Shown: positions 37,128-47,276, numbered from the stretch's first letter. The stretch is 64,000 bases of DNA from an uncultured virus (IMG/VR IMGVR_UViG_3300032255_000165) (IMGVR_UViG_3300032255_000165), one strand, 5' to 3'. Numbers and translations are program-made. The notes: a model not told the origin generated them from the letters alone.

Positions 37128-38380
37128 GTAAAAAAAAATTGTTGGTCGTTGCCGGTGCAGGGGCATCCATTGAATTAGGCATGCCCTCCGTATCAGAAGT
37201 AGGCGATATCCTTTCAAAGAAAGCCCAAGAGCGTTACCCACTTGCAAATGAACCCGATAATAATCTTTACAATTGGCTCGCAAGGACTGTGAAAGACTAT
37301 TGGGACAAAAGCGGAACAGGCCAAACACCAAATTTCGAAGACCTCATGCACTCAATATTTCTTCTTTCTGCGGTTTATCCGAAAGGAATTTTTACCTCTC
37401 CCTTAGGCGCCATGGTCAAAACAAATGATTTTCCAGATATTAAATTATTTGGGCGGACTATTGATCAAGCAAACCAAAATGTCTGGGGACATTTTAGTGA
37501 TTTTTTAACAGACACAATCATACAGAACTTTCGCGAAAAATGCCGCCACTTACATAACGAAAGAGCCAAAGAACTTGGTGAAATCCAGCAATTCTTTGCC
37601 ACTTTATCGAAGCAGTTCGAACTTTCCGTGGTTACTGTAAATTACGATAATATTATTAATCAATCTATCCCTGGACTTGAGAACGGCTTTGATCAAAAAG
37701 GAATTTTCAATGAAAAATTACTTTTTAACCGGGAACAATGGCCATGCATCCTTCACCTTCATGGATCCGTACATTTCGACATGCGCCATACTAAATACGA
37801 CCTCCATGACATTCAATGGGAACCAAACTTAAAAACCCAATTCAATCAGAATGCAGCGGGGCGAAGTGCAGTGCACGCGGATGAAGGGATAACTTTTCCA
37901 CAATCTGTAATCATTGCAGGACACGGCAAAACATCGCAAATTACCCGGCGACCATTTCGCACCTACTACTCTGAATTGGACAGGCTGGCGAACCAGTCTG
38001 ACGCGTTAATTTCCCTAGGTTATGGTTTTGGGGACAGTCACCTGAACCAAGCATTTGAAACTTATAGAGATAACCGAAAACGCCCTGTGGTAATTGTCGA
38101 CTTCGCCGATGATAATTCTATTTCTGTTTCTGCGGCTGGAAATGAATGTAATGATCCTTCAGGAACTATTCCAATGGCCATGTGCGTTTTCAAAACAGAT
38201 TCTGGTTCCATGAAAGCTCTTGGATATTCAACACCGATAGACATAAAAGATATTAAAGACCAAAAAGCATTTGTTTTAAGTAATGACATAGATACTCCAT
38301 TATCAATTTGGTATAATGGAATGCTGGAGGCTTGCCGACATCCTGATAAAATCTTAGCACAGCTTCAAATGCGGCAATGA
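37124..38380 (+). CDS. SIR2-like (SIR2_2) domain protein, putative NADase
   Basis: [35 protein letters not shown] overlap with the DUF3892 stop. Confidence 0.85.
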   Translation: MSKKKLLVVAGAGASIELGMPSVSEVGDILSKKAQERYPLANEPDNNLYNWLARTVKDYWDKSGTGQTPNFEDLMHSIFLLSAVYPKGIFTSPLGAMVKTNDFPDIKLFGRTIDQANQNVWGHFSDFLTDTIIQNFREKCRHLHNERAKELGEIQQFFATLSKQFELSVVTVNYDNIINQSIPGLENGFDQKGIFNEKLLFNREQWPCILHLHGSVHFDMRHTKYDLHDIQWEPNLKTQFNQNAAGRSAVHADEGITFPQSVIIAGHGKTSQITRRPFRTYYSELDRLANQSDALISLGYGFGDSHLNQAFETYRDNRKRPVVIVDFADDNSISVSAAGNECNDPSGTIPMAMCVFKTDSGSMKALGYSTPIDIKDIKDQKAFVLSNDIDTPLSIWYNGMLEACRHPDKILAQLQMRQ

Positions 38381-38391
38381 AATCAATTTAA

Positions 38392-38805
38392 TCACCCTCC
38401 CCTTATCAAATCAGCCACGCGGGTGGCGCGGTCACCGACCTGTGTCGCCCAGCGACTGTCGAGCGCATGACCGGCTGCGGCATCGAAATCACCGGCCTGT
38501 AACGATGCCAGCATGTTTTTGAATTTGGACAAACGCGGCCAGCCCAGATTGAAACACATATTGACCAGCGCCCGCCCCGGCGCGTCCGGCAAATCCCGCC
38601 ACCACGGGACAACCCTGTCCAGTTCGATGCGGGTGCGTCCGATGTCGTTTTCCAGCAGATAATCGGCTTCGGATTCTGTAATACCCATGTCATCCAGATT
38701 GCGACCAACGCCGATGGTCATTTTGCCGACGCTGTCGGTGTAGGGTTTCAGACGCACCCCTTCGTCCCGGATCAGATCCTGTTTCAGTTTGTCCCAGTCA
38801 ACCAT
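38392..38805 (-). CDS. endolysin, T4-like lysozyme family
   Basis: DEGVRLKPYTDSVGKMTIGVGRN (E...D...T triad), NMCFNLG, SRWATQV. Confidence 0.9.
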   Translation of the reverse strand: MVDWDKLKQDLIRDEGVRLKPYTDSVGKMTIGVGRNLDDMGITESEADYLLENDIGRTRIELDRVVPWWRDLPDAPGRALVNMCFNLGWPRLSKFKNMLASLQAGDFDAAAGHALDSRWATQVGDRATRVADLIRGG

Positions 38806-38806
38806 T

Positions 38807-39118
38807 TTAATTTCTTCCTTTGCGCTTTGATGAAACAGCCTGATTTTTTTCAAGCAAGGCCCCGGTCAAATCTTTAATATCTTTGCGCAGGCCTTTGAGT
38901 TCGTCGATCAGACGGCTCTCGACCTCTTTTAAATGGGCGACAGAGGCGTATTTTTCGGAAACTTCCAACCGGTAATCATCGTGTCGCTGCCCCTGACGGC
39001 TGATCCGGGCATGTAAGGATTGATCACTGCGATAGGTATGAACCCAATTCAGGCCGATGAAGCCTAAAAGCAAACCGATCACCCACGCAAAAACTTCCCA
39101 AATAACCGGATCAGTCAT
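38807..39118 (-). CDS. N-terminal TM coiled-coil protein in lysis cassette
   Basis: One TM, then YASVAHLKEVESRL coiled coil. Confidence 0.68.
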   Translation of the reverse strand: MTDPVIWEVFAWVIGLLLGFIGLNWVHTYRSDQSLHARISRQGQRHDDYRLEVSEKYASVAHLKEVESRLIDELKGLRKDIKDLTGALLEKNQAVSSKRKGRN

Positions 39119-39136
39119 TGTATTCCCTTTTCAGAT

Positions 39137-39700
39137 TTATATAGGCTGAGGCCATGTCAGATTGCTTGCGGCCGTCATGGCATCCGCAGCCGTTGTGGCG
39201 GCGTCGATGGCTTCTTTTGATCCTTCGCGGATATTTTCAATCAGAACGGCGCTGGTTATCCATACATCGTTTTTAGTTTTCCATTCGGTCGCCACGGCCG
39301 CGTAATCAGGTGTTGTTGCATTCAACCGTTCGGCCCGCGCCTTGATCAACGGATAATCGCTGGCCACAGGCGAAGTGGCCGCGAGCCAGCTTTCGGCTTC
39401 GGCCCGTTTTCGTTCATAGATAAGGGCTTGTCCGGCACCGCCGGTGATGAATTTCAGACGGGTATTTTCGGCTTCGGAATCGACACGGTTTTTAAGCAAT
39501 GTTTGCGTATCGATCAGGGGAATGGTTTCCGGCACTGGCGCTGTGAAGGCCGTGCCATCCCACGCCGCGCCGATCACGGCCGTGCCGTCATCTGGAATCA
39601 AAGTGGCGACGATTTCCGGTGTGAACATTTGATTAATATCGCCGCCCTGATCATCGATCAATTCGACGACAATATTTTTTTCAATTCTTGGATGGATCAT
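39137..39700 (-). CDS. tail fibre assembly/chaperone-like protein
   Basis: 141/187 identical (hand count) to 31019-31582. Confidence 0.75.
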   Translation of the reverse strand: MIHPRIEKNIVVELIDDQGGDINQMFTPEIVATLIPDDGTAVIGAAWDGTAFTAPVPETIPLIDTQTLLKNRVDSEAENTRLKFITGGAGQALIYERKRAEAESWLAATSPVASDYPLIKARAERLNATTPDYAAVATEWKTKNDVWITSAVLIENIREGSKEAIDAATTAADAMTAASNLTWPQPI

Positions 39701-39701
39701 T

Positions 39702-40904
39702 TTATTTATACTCCTCGATGATTACAAAACCGGGTCCGCCTGTGCCACCGGCACCGGCCACAGCGGTACCGCCTGCACCACAGGCACCACCGCCACCACC
39801 GCCACCATTTGCGCCGTCCTGCCCGGCAGTTCCGGCAAGCCACGCACCGGGACCACCGCCTTCGCCGCCACCATTGCCGCCCTGATTTGAATTTGTGGTG
39901 ACTTCACGAAGACCTTGCGTGCCAACCGCGCCGCGCAGATTAATATCGCCGGATGATCCAAGGCCGCCGGTGCCGCCCCAGCCGTCATCGCCGCCACCAG
40001 ACCGGTAGCCACCTCCACCGCCGGTCGCGGACAAATACGCGCCGAACGACGTTGTGCCGCCGGTGCCACCATTGGTCATGCCCGCGCCACTACCATCGGA
40101 AGGATTTCCGGGTGTGCCGCCGAGCCCTACCGTAACTGCAACCGAAGAAATTCCAAGGGCAATGATATCAAGCAGCCTTTCAGCACGACCACCCTGACCG
40201 CCGCCACCACCGACATAATTATCGGCGTATCCGCCACCACCGCCACCACCACCACCGCAGAGGCGTACTCTGATTTTTGTTGTCCCGGCATCCGGCGTCC
40301 AAGTACCGGAAGCCGTGAACACCTTGACCGCTTGCAGCACGCCACCGGCATCAGATTCGGCATCGATGTCGACAAACATGATATCGGCCGCTTTGGCGAT
40401 GCCGATGCGGACCTTGTCCGTCGGTTCCGTCACGTTCAATGCACCCGCTGTGGTGCCATCCAGATAATAACGCGCGCCCGGTGTCAACCCGGACATCAGC
40501 CCGGCGCGGGTTTCACCAAAACTGACAACTTCAGAATTCGTGACATCAGCAATACCCACCGCATTGTTGCTGGCCGTACCGTCGGCAATGGCTTGGGTAA
40601 AATTGCTGTTAACGCTGTCCCAGCGAACGACTTCACCATCGGCGACACCGGCGGCAAAGGTCGCCGACTTGATTATCACGGCTTTCGATGCGCCGCTAAA
40701 CATTTGCGTGATCGCTTGCGTTAACTGGGTGGTATCATTTTCATCCGGCGTCAAACCGGCCCCCGTAATAACATTGACAATTTCCCGTTGCGGGTCTTCA
40801 ATGGCCGCCGCAGGCGGGATGCTACCAGCTTCGCCGGTTGTCGCATTAAAATCAACGTATGGATCATTGGTTGTGGCAGCACCAACCGGGGCTTGATATT
40901 TCAT
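39702..40904 (-). CDS. tail fibre protein with glycine-rich domain
   Basis: Colinear homolog of 29820-31019. Confidence 0.8.
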   Translation of the reverse strand: MKYQAPVGAATTNDPYVDFNATTGEAGSIPPAAAIEDPQREIVNVITGAGLTPDENDTTQLTQAITQMFSGASKAVIIKSATFAAGVADGEVVRWDSVNSNFTQAIADGTASNNAVGIADVTNSEVVSFGETRAGLMSGLTPGARYYLDGTTAGALNVTEPTDKVRIGIAKAADIMFVDIDAESDAGGVLQAVKVFTASGTWTPDAGTTKIRVRLCGGGGGGGGGYADNYVGGGGGQGGRAERLLDIIALGISSVAVTVGLGGTPGNPSDGSGAGMTNGGTGGTTSFGAYLSATGGGGGYRSGGGDDGWGGTGGLGSSGDINLRGAVGTQGLREVTTNSNQGGNGGGEGGGPGAWLAGTAGQDGANGGGGGGGACGAGGTAVAGAGGTGGPGFVIIEEYK

Positions 40905-40906
40905 TT

Positions 40907-41515
40907 TTAAATTCCTTCGTAATCAAAATGTAAAATGGTATGCGATTGCATGACGCGGCGGATGACGCATTCGAGGTCCTGGGCGCGGGTTAAAAATCCA
41001 AGTTGATCAGACCCGCAACGGCTTTGACCGCATCGGAACATCGTGATCCGTGGTCCCGGCACCTGAATGCGCCAGTGAAAACGTTGTTTTTCATCACCAC
41101 ATTGATGATCAGACCCACAACCCGACAAGCCACAACGAAACGGTCGCTGTTCGGTGACCGTGATGGTGTAGCCAAGTTGTGCGGCCAGACCTTTGAAATA
41201 GGCGATCGAGGCGCCGCCACGGGCGACCCAACGCGCCACCAAATGCAGGCGGCGTTCTTGATCCGCAGCATTTGCCGGTAAACAACTGTCGGGCAACCCG
41301 GCTTCTGTTTCGCGGGCTGGTAACATTTCGATGACAGTTGAAGGATGGGCTTCACGGATTAAATCGCGGGCGCGGGCATCGATTTCGGCCAGACCTTCGG
41401 CTTCGGCGGCAAGCACCCCTTGCCCCCGTCCACCCACATCTCGAAAACCGGCCCAGAATGGACCTTCGGGTAATAATGCGCCCAGAAAATCACGGTAATC
41501 ATCCTGATCAGGCAT
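40907..41515 (-). CDS. Mu gp48-like (DUF2313) baseplate protein
   Basis: LLPEGPFW, GLPDSC, LGYTITV, LECVI. Confidence 0.85.
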   Translation of the reverse strand: MPDQDDYRDFLGALLPEGPFWAGFRDVGGRGQGVLAAEAEGLAEIDARARDLIREAHPSTVIEMLPARETEAGLPDSCLPANAADQERRLHLVARWVARGGASIAYFKGLAAQLGYTITVTEQRPFRCGLSGCGSDHQCGDEKQRFHWRIQVPGPRITMFRCGQSRCGSDQLGFLTRAQDLECVIRRVMQSHTILHFDYEGI

Positions 41516-42644
41516 ATGTCACCGTGCCCATCACGGCGATTTCGCCGGGTAAATAAGTGATATCGGCGGCAGGGATCGTAATGACGTGGCTGTCTTCACC
41601 AGCGGCATCGGAAACGGCTTCCCAAATCCACGATGTGCGGATAACACCGCCCGGACTGGAACGGAATAAAATCATTTCCTGTAATTCGTTTTCAATGGCG
41701 CCACGAATTTCCGGGGTATCGGGCGATAATCCGGTGATGGTCACATCCAATGGCACCGGGGTCGGGGCCAATACAAAAACTTCGGCCGTAGCCGGACGAC
41801 CGGTTAAATCACCGGTTAATTCATCGGCATGGCTTTCGATGTGATCAAAAACGGATTTGATATCGCCTGAATACGCAGGCGCGCCGGTTCCGGCCGGAAT
41901 ACCGTTTGCATAGGTATCGTCCATCATGAAACGGACAACGACGGTGCCAGCCCCGAGCCCGTTTGCTTCAACCCAGACCCGGGTCACACCGGAAATGGCT
42001 TTGGCCCATTTTTTATAATCGCTGTCATTGCCACCATGAGGCGGGGCGGTGATGCGGGCGCGAATTCGACCACGGAAGCCTTCGGACGTGCCCGGCTTGC
42101 CGTCCATTTCTTCGTCCGCGCCGCCGATCAAACCACCACCACCAACTGTTGCCGCCGGTGATAACCCGGCCACCGGTGATATCAGCGTCAAGGTTGATGC
42201 CGCTGCCGTATTTCCGATATCACCAAAATTTTTAGCCTGCACCGGCACGGAAACCACGCCGCCCGCGACCACAGCGGACGCCGTTACCGTAAATAATTCG
42301 CCATCAGCACGGCGGATTTCAGCACCCGCGACAACACCCGCGCCATCGGTTCCGGTAAATGTCACCGTCCCCGCGGCATAGGTGGCAGGCAGACGCGACA
42401 CCCCCCACAGCCGCCCCCACAGATCGAGGTACAAACCTTCGGCCAGCATCGGCATGGCCTGGCGGGAAGCCCAATCCAAATGACCGTGCAATGCGTGCTG
42501 GCCTTCGGCGGTGGCTTCGGCCAAGCGCGGCAGAACGCCTTGAAAAAGGGCGGCATCGCCACCGGTATTGTTTGAATATCCATCCCGGCGCCGGGCCAGA
42601 ATTTCTGTAAAAGAAGGGCGGTTAAAACCACTGTAATTCGGCAT
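41508..42644 (-). CDS. baseplate J (gp47-like)
   Basis: GTVTFTG, GGADEE, PPHGG..DY..WA, GTVVV. Confidence 0.88.
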   Translation of the reverse strand: MPNYSGFNRPSFTEILARRRDGYSNNTGGDAALFQGVLPRLAEATAEGQHALHGHLDWASRQAMPMLAEGLYLDLWGRLWGVSRLPATYAAGTVTFTGTDGAGVVAGAEIRRADGELFTVTASAVVAGGVVSVPVQAKNFGDIGNTAAASTLTLISPVAGLSPAATVGGGGLIGGADEEMDGKPGTSEGFRGRIRARITAPPHGGNDSDYKKWAKAISGVTRVWVEANGLGAGTVVVRFMMDDTYANGIPAGTGAPAYSGDIKSVFDHIESHADELTGDLTGRPATAEVFVLAPTPVPLDVTITGLSPDTPEIRGAIENELQEMILFRSSPGGVIRTSWIWEAVSDAAGEDSHVITIPAADITYLPGEIAVMGTVTYA

Positions 42645-42655
42645 CAATCAATCTT

Positions 42656-43126
42656 TCAAACTGTAATCTGATTAAATAAATCCTTAATATCAATTCGTGT
42701 AGCGCCACCCTGCGGACGACCCAGCGTGATGAAAAAATCAGCGCGGGTCGGATGCGGTACCACAACCCGGATATCAATTTCGGTGACAAAGCCGTCTTCG
42801 ATCAACCAGTTCAGGGCATCAGAAATATAAACCCGGGCTAAATTTCTGGTTTCGGCGGAATTAACCGCGCGCGCCAGTAACCACAATTTTGAACCAACCT
42901 TGCGGCCACGCCCTTGAAAATCATCCCCCCAATAACCTTTGCGGTCATCATCAAACCCCGGCAATTCATCATCGGCATCAGCGCGCGCCCAAGTAAAAAT
43001 GCTGGCCAGCACCGCCGTTTCAATATCCACTTCCTGGACAAAACCGTTATCTGTTGACGTGGACAACGCCTTGATCAAATCAAGACGTTTGGCACCCGCA
43101 TCAAATCGGATGGCTAAATCAGTCAT
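42656..43126 (-). CDS. gp46-like baseplate protein
   Basis: ETAVLASIFT.ARA...GYWGD...GSKLWLL. Confidence 0.87.
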   Translation of the reverse strand: MTDLAIRFDAGAKRLDLIKALSTSTDNGFVQEVDIETAVLASIFTWARADADDELPGFDDDRKGYWGDDFQGRGRKVGSKLWLLARAVNSAETRNLARVYISDALNWLIEDGFVTEIDIRVVVPHPTRADFFITLGRPQGGATRIDIKDLFNQITV

Positions 43127-43147
43127 ATCAGTTACCCCCGGTTTGTT

Positions 43148-43774
43148 TTATGGATGTTCAGGCGGGGTGATCGGATTGGTACTGCCTGCAACAACGTTGC
43201 CGGTTTTCCATGTATCGATCCACCATTTGGAGCCGTCCGTTATCCAGTCTTCGCCATAACCGCCGACATCGAATTTCAGTTTGGTTTTGGCAATCAATTC
43301 AACTACGTCACCTTCGAGACGAGCAATATTTCCGGCTTTGACTGTGGCGTTATTGGTGGCTATCACCATGGCATCGTTGCAATGAATTTCCAGCAGGCGA
43401 CCACGTTTAAAATGCAGCCGGAAATGGCCTTGACTATCATCGGACAAATCCCGGTCTTCATCGCTGTGCAGAACAACTTCACCGGCGACCAGATCCGTGG
43501 GCCGGAAACGGCGATCCGACGCCGGTAAAGCCATGCCCAGATCAGGCTCGATCGCCAGCACCACAGTTTCAGCACCTTTGCCGTCGCTATCCGGCGGCAA
43601 CACCCGCATGGAAAACCCGTAAGGCAATAAATGCTCAACCCCGTCCTGAACATCGCCCGCCAGGCCTGATAACTGCACTTCTTGCAACCGCCGGTCTTCG
43701 TCAACCATGGTGATCACGGCCCGGATCAGCATGTTCCCCAAACGGTGGCGCAAATCTTCGATAAAGCGCATCAT
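43148..43774 (-). CDS. baseplate spike (gp45/gpV-like)
   Basis: LQEVQLSGLAG...EHLLPYGF...DRRFRP..L.AGEV. Confidence 0.85.
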   Translation of the reverse strand: MMRFIEDLRHRLGNMLIRAVITMVDEDRRLQEVQLSGLAGDVQDGVEHLLPYGFSMRVLPPDSDGKGAETVVLAIEPDLGMALPASDRRFRPTDLVAGEVVLHSDEDRDLSDDSQGHFRLHFKRGRLLEIHCNDAMVIATNNATVKAGNIARLEGDVVELIAKTKLKFDVGGYGEDWITDGSKWWIDTWKTGNVVAGSTNPITPPEHP

Positions 43775-44982
43775 AACTGACCGCCCGACGGGTCAACCGT
43801 CACGGGTTCGGGACCGGAAAGTTTTCCGTATTTGCCGGATTTGGGATCCAGCAACATCAATTCCGCAGTTGATTTGCCGGTGACATCGGCAACTATCGGT
43901 GCGGGCGCGTAGGCTTCGGGTGGTTCCAGCGTCATTTGTGTGACCCGGCCATCACTGTCCGATAAAATCCATGAAACTTCGGTGATCAGCAAATCACGGT
44001 TGGTCCCGGTCACCGCACAACGCACCGGCGTGACCAAATCCGGCGACCACAAATCACTTGTTTGGCCGGGAATTTGCCGCCACCCCAAAACCTTGCATTG
44101 ATAGGAAAATGATTTTCCCATGCGACGGGTAATTTCCCAATCAGCGCGAAGCTGGGATGCGGCGACATCAACGCGGGCGTCTGCTTTTAAAATCAATGGC
44201 CGGTAACGTTTGATATTTTCATCCACCGCCTTGGCCGTGACGGCGGCGACACCCACGCCAAAATTCATATCGGTGGCGCGGTCCTGACCTTTGACTATAA
44301 TTTCTGAATATCTTTTTTCTTCGGAAAAACGGCCTTTGGGAGCCAAAACATTGTTGCGCGGATCGGGGCCGCCATCGGCACCGTCCAGATGCAAAAGATC
44401 AATTTTCGAGCGCCGGGTGCTGGCACGGGATAACAACAATTCACCACGGGGCGTGTCGCGCACCAGCAAGCCACGAAGCCGGGCGGCACGCTCGATCGCG
44501 GCAAAAGCTTTTTCACCCTGTTTTAATTGAAAATCCGGTAACGGCAGGCCTACATCCACTGACGTTTTAACAGTGATGGCAAACGGTTTACAAAGATTTT
44601 GGGCGATGGCATCAACGGTCACACCGCGCCATTGCCCGGTTTCGGAAATCGCCGAACAGTCAACCAGGTCTTTGGTCAGGCTGGCACCTTGAATACGAAC
44701 GCTGTCGCTGTCGCTACCGCGTTCCAGTTCAACGGTCACCACCCGGCCCGTGACCACCACGGTGGCGCCCATAAATACCCGGACATAATCGCCCGGCAAC
44801 AACGGCGATGTGCGCCCGGTGTTGAGTTTATCGGTCATGCCGCGCCGGAGCGGGCGCCGGGGCATGGATAATTCGAAAGTCGTCACCGCGCGGTCAATGC
44901 CGCTTGAAATCTTGACCGTTTTCCAGCCGGTCAGGTTTCCTAACGCCGTTTCAACGCGGATGTCATCGTTAAATTTGTCCAT
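43771..44982 (-). CDS. baseplate hub (gp44-like)
   Basis: GWKTVKI, TKDLVDCS, YRPLI, GWRQ. Confidence 0.87.
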   Translation of the reverse strand: MDKFNDDIRVETALGNLTGWKTVKISSGIDRAVTTFELSMPRRPLRRGMTDKLNTGRTSPLLPGDYVRVFMGATVVVTGRVVTVELERGSDSDSVRIQGASLTKDLVDCSAISETGQWRGVTVDAIAQNLCKPFAITVKTSVDVGLPLPDFQLKQGEKAFAAIERAARLRGLLVRDTPRGELLLSRASTRRSKIDLLHLDGADGGPDPRNNVLAPKGRFSEEKRYSEIIVKGQDRATDMNFGVGVAAVTAKAVDENIKRYRPLILKADARVDVAASQLRADWEITRRMGKSFSYQCKVLGWRQIPGQTSDLWSPDLVTPVRCAVTGTNRDLLITEVSWILSDSDGRVTQMTLEPPEAYAPAPIVADVTGKSTAELMLLDPKSGKYGKLSGPEPVTVDPSGGQL

Positions 44983-44985
44983 GGA

Positions 44986-46203
44986 TTAACTCAAATATTC
45001 AATTTTGGTATCCGGTGGCACAAACCCGGGATGGGTGACGTTTTTATTACGCGCCAGCAAATCATCAACCAAGCGGGCATCACCCATCAATTTATAAGCC
45101 AGTACCCGCGATGGTTGGCTGGCTTGTAATTTGGCATTACGTAAATCAGGCAAGGACCCGGCGCGGTTAAATAAATCACGGGTGGTGACGGTTTTCAGTT
45201 CACGGACATTTAAAAAAACATCATCAGAAAAATCATCACCGGCATCTGCCATTAATCTGTTTAACCGGCCACCCAACTGTAAAACGGCAGCTTGGGCATC
45301 CTGACGACTGTCAATGGATACATTGGTCAGGGCGACGGCTTCTTCGGCACCGGCGAAGCGGCGCACAAGACTGGATAATGCCAAACGGTTCTGATCTTGT
45401 TGTTTGCGCGCCGGTGTCAACACTCCGGCAACGGGCCATTTTTCCGCAAAAGAGCCAAGGGATGAAAACAAATCAACCGCAGAATCCGGATCATTTTCAG
45501 AACCGGAAATCCGGTCAGGATCGTAAAAACCGGCGGCACGGGATTTGAACAAATCCTTGACAGCAATTTCCAGACCATTTGTGACATTATCCGTTATTTT
45601 TATTCTGAAATCCGCCAAAGATTGTTCGGCCAATGCCGAAATTTTTGACCCGACTGGACCCGGTGCGCTAAAGACATCGGCTAGATGTTTTGTCAAATTG
45701 ACGGCGTCTGTAGCAACATACGACGGAAAGCCGGAAACATTGAATTGCGATTTAAAAACCGTTGCTGCGCTATCCATCAATTTATCCGCCGCATCCGAAA
45801 CACTGCCTTTCAGATTTTCAGTCAGCGCCGGATAATTTTCATCACCCGATTCTTCGAAGGTGATGGTGAATGCCGCAAGACCACCTTGGTTATCATTTTC
45901 GGAACAAGTGTAAGACCGGGCGATCACTTTCCAGCTTGATTGCCAGGGATCGATGTAAATCCCCGGCCCTGGGGCTTCCAGTGCCGTCAATAATCGGTCG
46001 CGGCGGGTGTCATAATCAGATCCGAAAATCCGGCCGGTGATTTTAAAAACCCGAAGTTTCCGTCCAGTGTCAATGGCATCCGGCAAATCTCGATTGGGGA
46101 ATTCATAAGTCGGACCACGGCGACCGCCAACACGGGAACGTTTAGGCACGTCAAAGGTCACGCCGCGGAAACTGGCCGCACGAATTCGATCATGCCACGT
46201 CAT
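44986..46203 (-). CDS. DNA circularization protein N (gp43-like)
   Basis: ASFRGVTF, YEFP, PGPG, HPGFVP. Confidence 0.88.
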   Translation of the reverse strand: MTWHDRIRAASFRGVTFDVPKRSRVGGRRGPTYEFPNRDLPDAIDTGRKLRVFKITGRIFGSDYDTRRDRLLTALEAPGPGIYIDPWQSSWKVIARSYTCSENDNQGGLAAFTITFEESGDENYPALTENLKGSVSDAADKLMDSAATVFKSQFNVSGFPSYVATDAVNLTKHLADVFSAPGPVGSKISALAEQSLADFRIKITDNVTNGLEIAVKDLFKSRAAGFYDPDRISGSENDPDSAVDLFSSLGSFAEKWPVAGVLTPARKQQDQNRLALSSLVRRFAGAEEAVALTNVSIDSRQDAQAAVLQLGGRLNRLMADAGDDFSDDVFLNVRELKTVTTRDLFNRAGSLPDLRNAKLQASQPSRVLAYKLMGDARLVDDLLARNKNVTHPGFVPPDTKIEYLS

Positions 46204-46263
46204 GAAAAACCTCGAATATTAGAATAAAAATGAAACGCCCAGAGCAAACGGGCAGCCCGGCAA

Positions 46264-46353
46264 TCAGGCAGGGAAAAAGAATTTCAACATCAACAGACCG
46301 AAAACAATGATCATGGCGATGGTGCCGATGGTATCAAATATTGATTTAAACAT
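46264..46353 (-). CDS. possible 29-aa hydrophobic peptide MFKSIFDTIGTIAMIIVFGLLMLKFFFPA
   Basis: ATG-TGA ORF encoding a single TM helix; weak RBS. Confidence 0.35.
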   Translation of the reverse strand: MFKSIFDTIGTIAMIIVFGLLMLKFFFPA

Positions 46354-46386
46354 TTTTTGCTCGTTCAGGGTTCAAAATTGTTTAAT

Positions 46387-47187
46387 TTATCCTGGGAGGC
46401 GGCCTTGCCATACCTTGATTTCAATGATTTTTTCCTTTGCCGGATCGTAGATGCAATTATAGATCACATTCGCCCAGGCGCCAAACCCATTTTGAAATTT
46501 TAGTTTGTCGCCAATGTAGATCACCAGCCCTTTTTCCTTGTCATACCAGCGGTAACGGTCAAATTTGGTTTCAGCCCAGCTATCGGTCCATTCAAAAGAA
46601 TATCTGGATCGTCGTTCGATTTGCGGGCGGCACTGTGACGTCGCTTCGATCAGGGTGGTTTCCGCATAACAGACAAGATCAGGGCGGCATTTGGCTTGTT
46701 TTTCCTGTTCTGCCTTGGCTTTTTTAGCAGCGGCCAATTCAGCCAGCTTTATTTTTTCCTGTTCAGCCTGGGCTTTTTTCTCTTTATCCAATTTCAAGGC
46801 TTCCAGCTTGGCCTGTTTTTTCCTTTCATCGGCAGCCCGTGCCATTTCAATTCGTTTTATTTTCCTCGCCGACAGAATGGCGTCATATTGTTTTTTTGTT
46901 GTCGCCCCGGCTTCTTTAGCCGCGGCATATTCACGGGCATCTACAAAACCTTTTTCTACAGCCACCTGATCTTTTTGCCACGAACCCAGGTTATATAAAA
47001 AAACCAACACAACAAACGACGAAATCATAGTCCGAAGCGACCATTTTTTTGCCCGTAATGGCGGTCTGTCCGGATTTTTTCTTTTTCGTATTTTTCCGAT
47101 TATCAGTGATACAATAAAAACCGGCACAGACAACAGCAAAGCCAACAGCGAAAATGCGACGCCCCAGGATATAATAAATTCAAGCAT
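46387..47187 (-). CDS. membrane-anchored hypothetical protein (moron)
   Basis: Two TMs, Lys/Ala coiled coil, C-terminal FQNGFGAW domain; own TTGACG-N18-TAACAT promoter at 47254-47225. Confidence 0.72.
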   Translation of the reverse strand: MLEFIISWGVAFSLLALLLSVPVFIVSLIIGKIRKRKNPDRPPLRAKKWSLRTMISSFVVLVFLYNLGSWQKDQVAVEKGFVDAREYAAAKEAGATTKKQYDAILSARKIKRIEMARAADERKKQAKLEALKLDKEKKAQAEQEKIKLAELAAAKKAKAEQEKQAKCRPDLVCYAETTLIEATSQCRPQIERRSRYSFEWTDSWAETKFDRYRWYDKEKGLVIYIGDKLKFQNGFGAWANVIYNCIYDPAKEKIIEIKVWQGRLPG

Positions 47188-47276
47188 TTTTAATTTCGCC
47201 CCCACCAATACAGTTATTGGGCGAATGTTAACTTTAAATAATATCACGCGTCAAGCGTGTCATGATTTTAGCACAT

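Noticed and set aside
29820..40904. Gin/gix invertible fibre segment or diversity-generating retroelement
   Set aside because: No invertase, gix sites or reverse transcriptase seen; differences are not adenine-specific; each copy belongs to its own prophage
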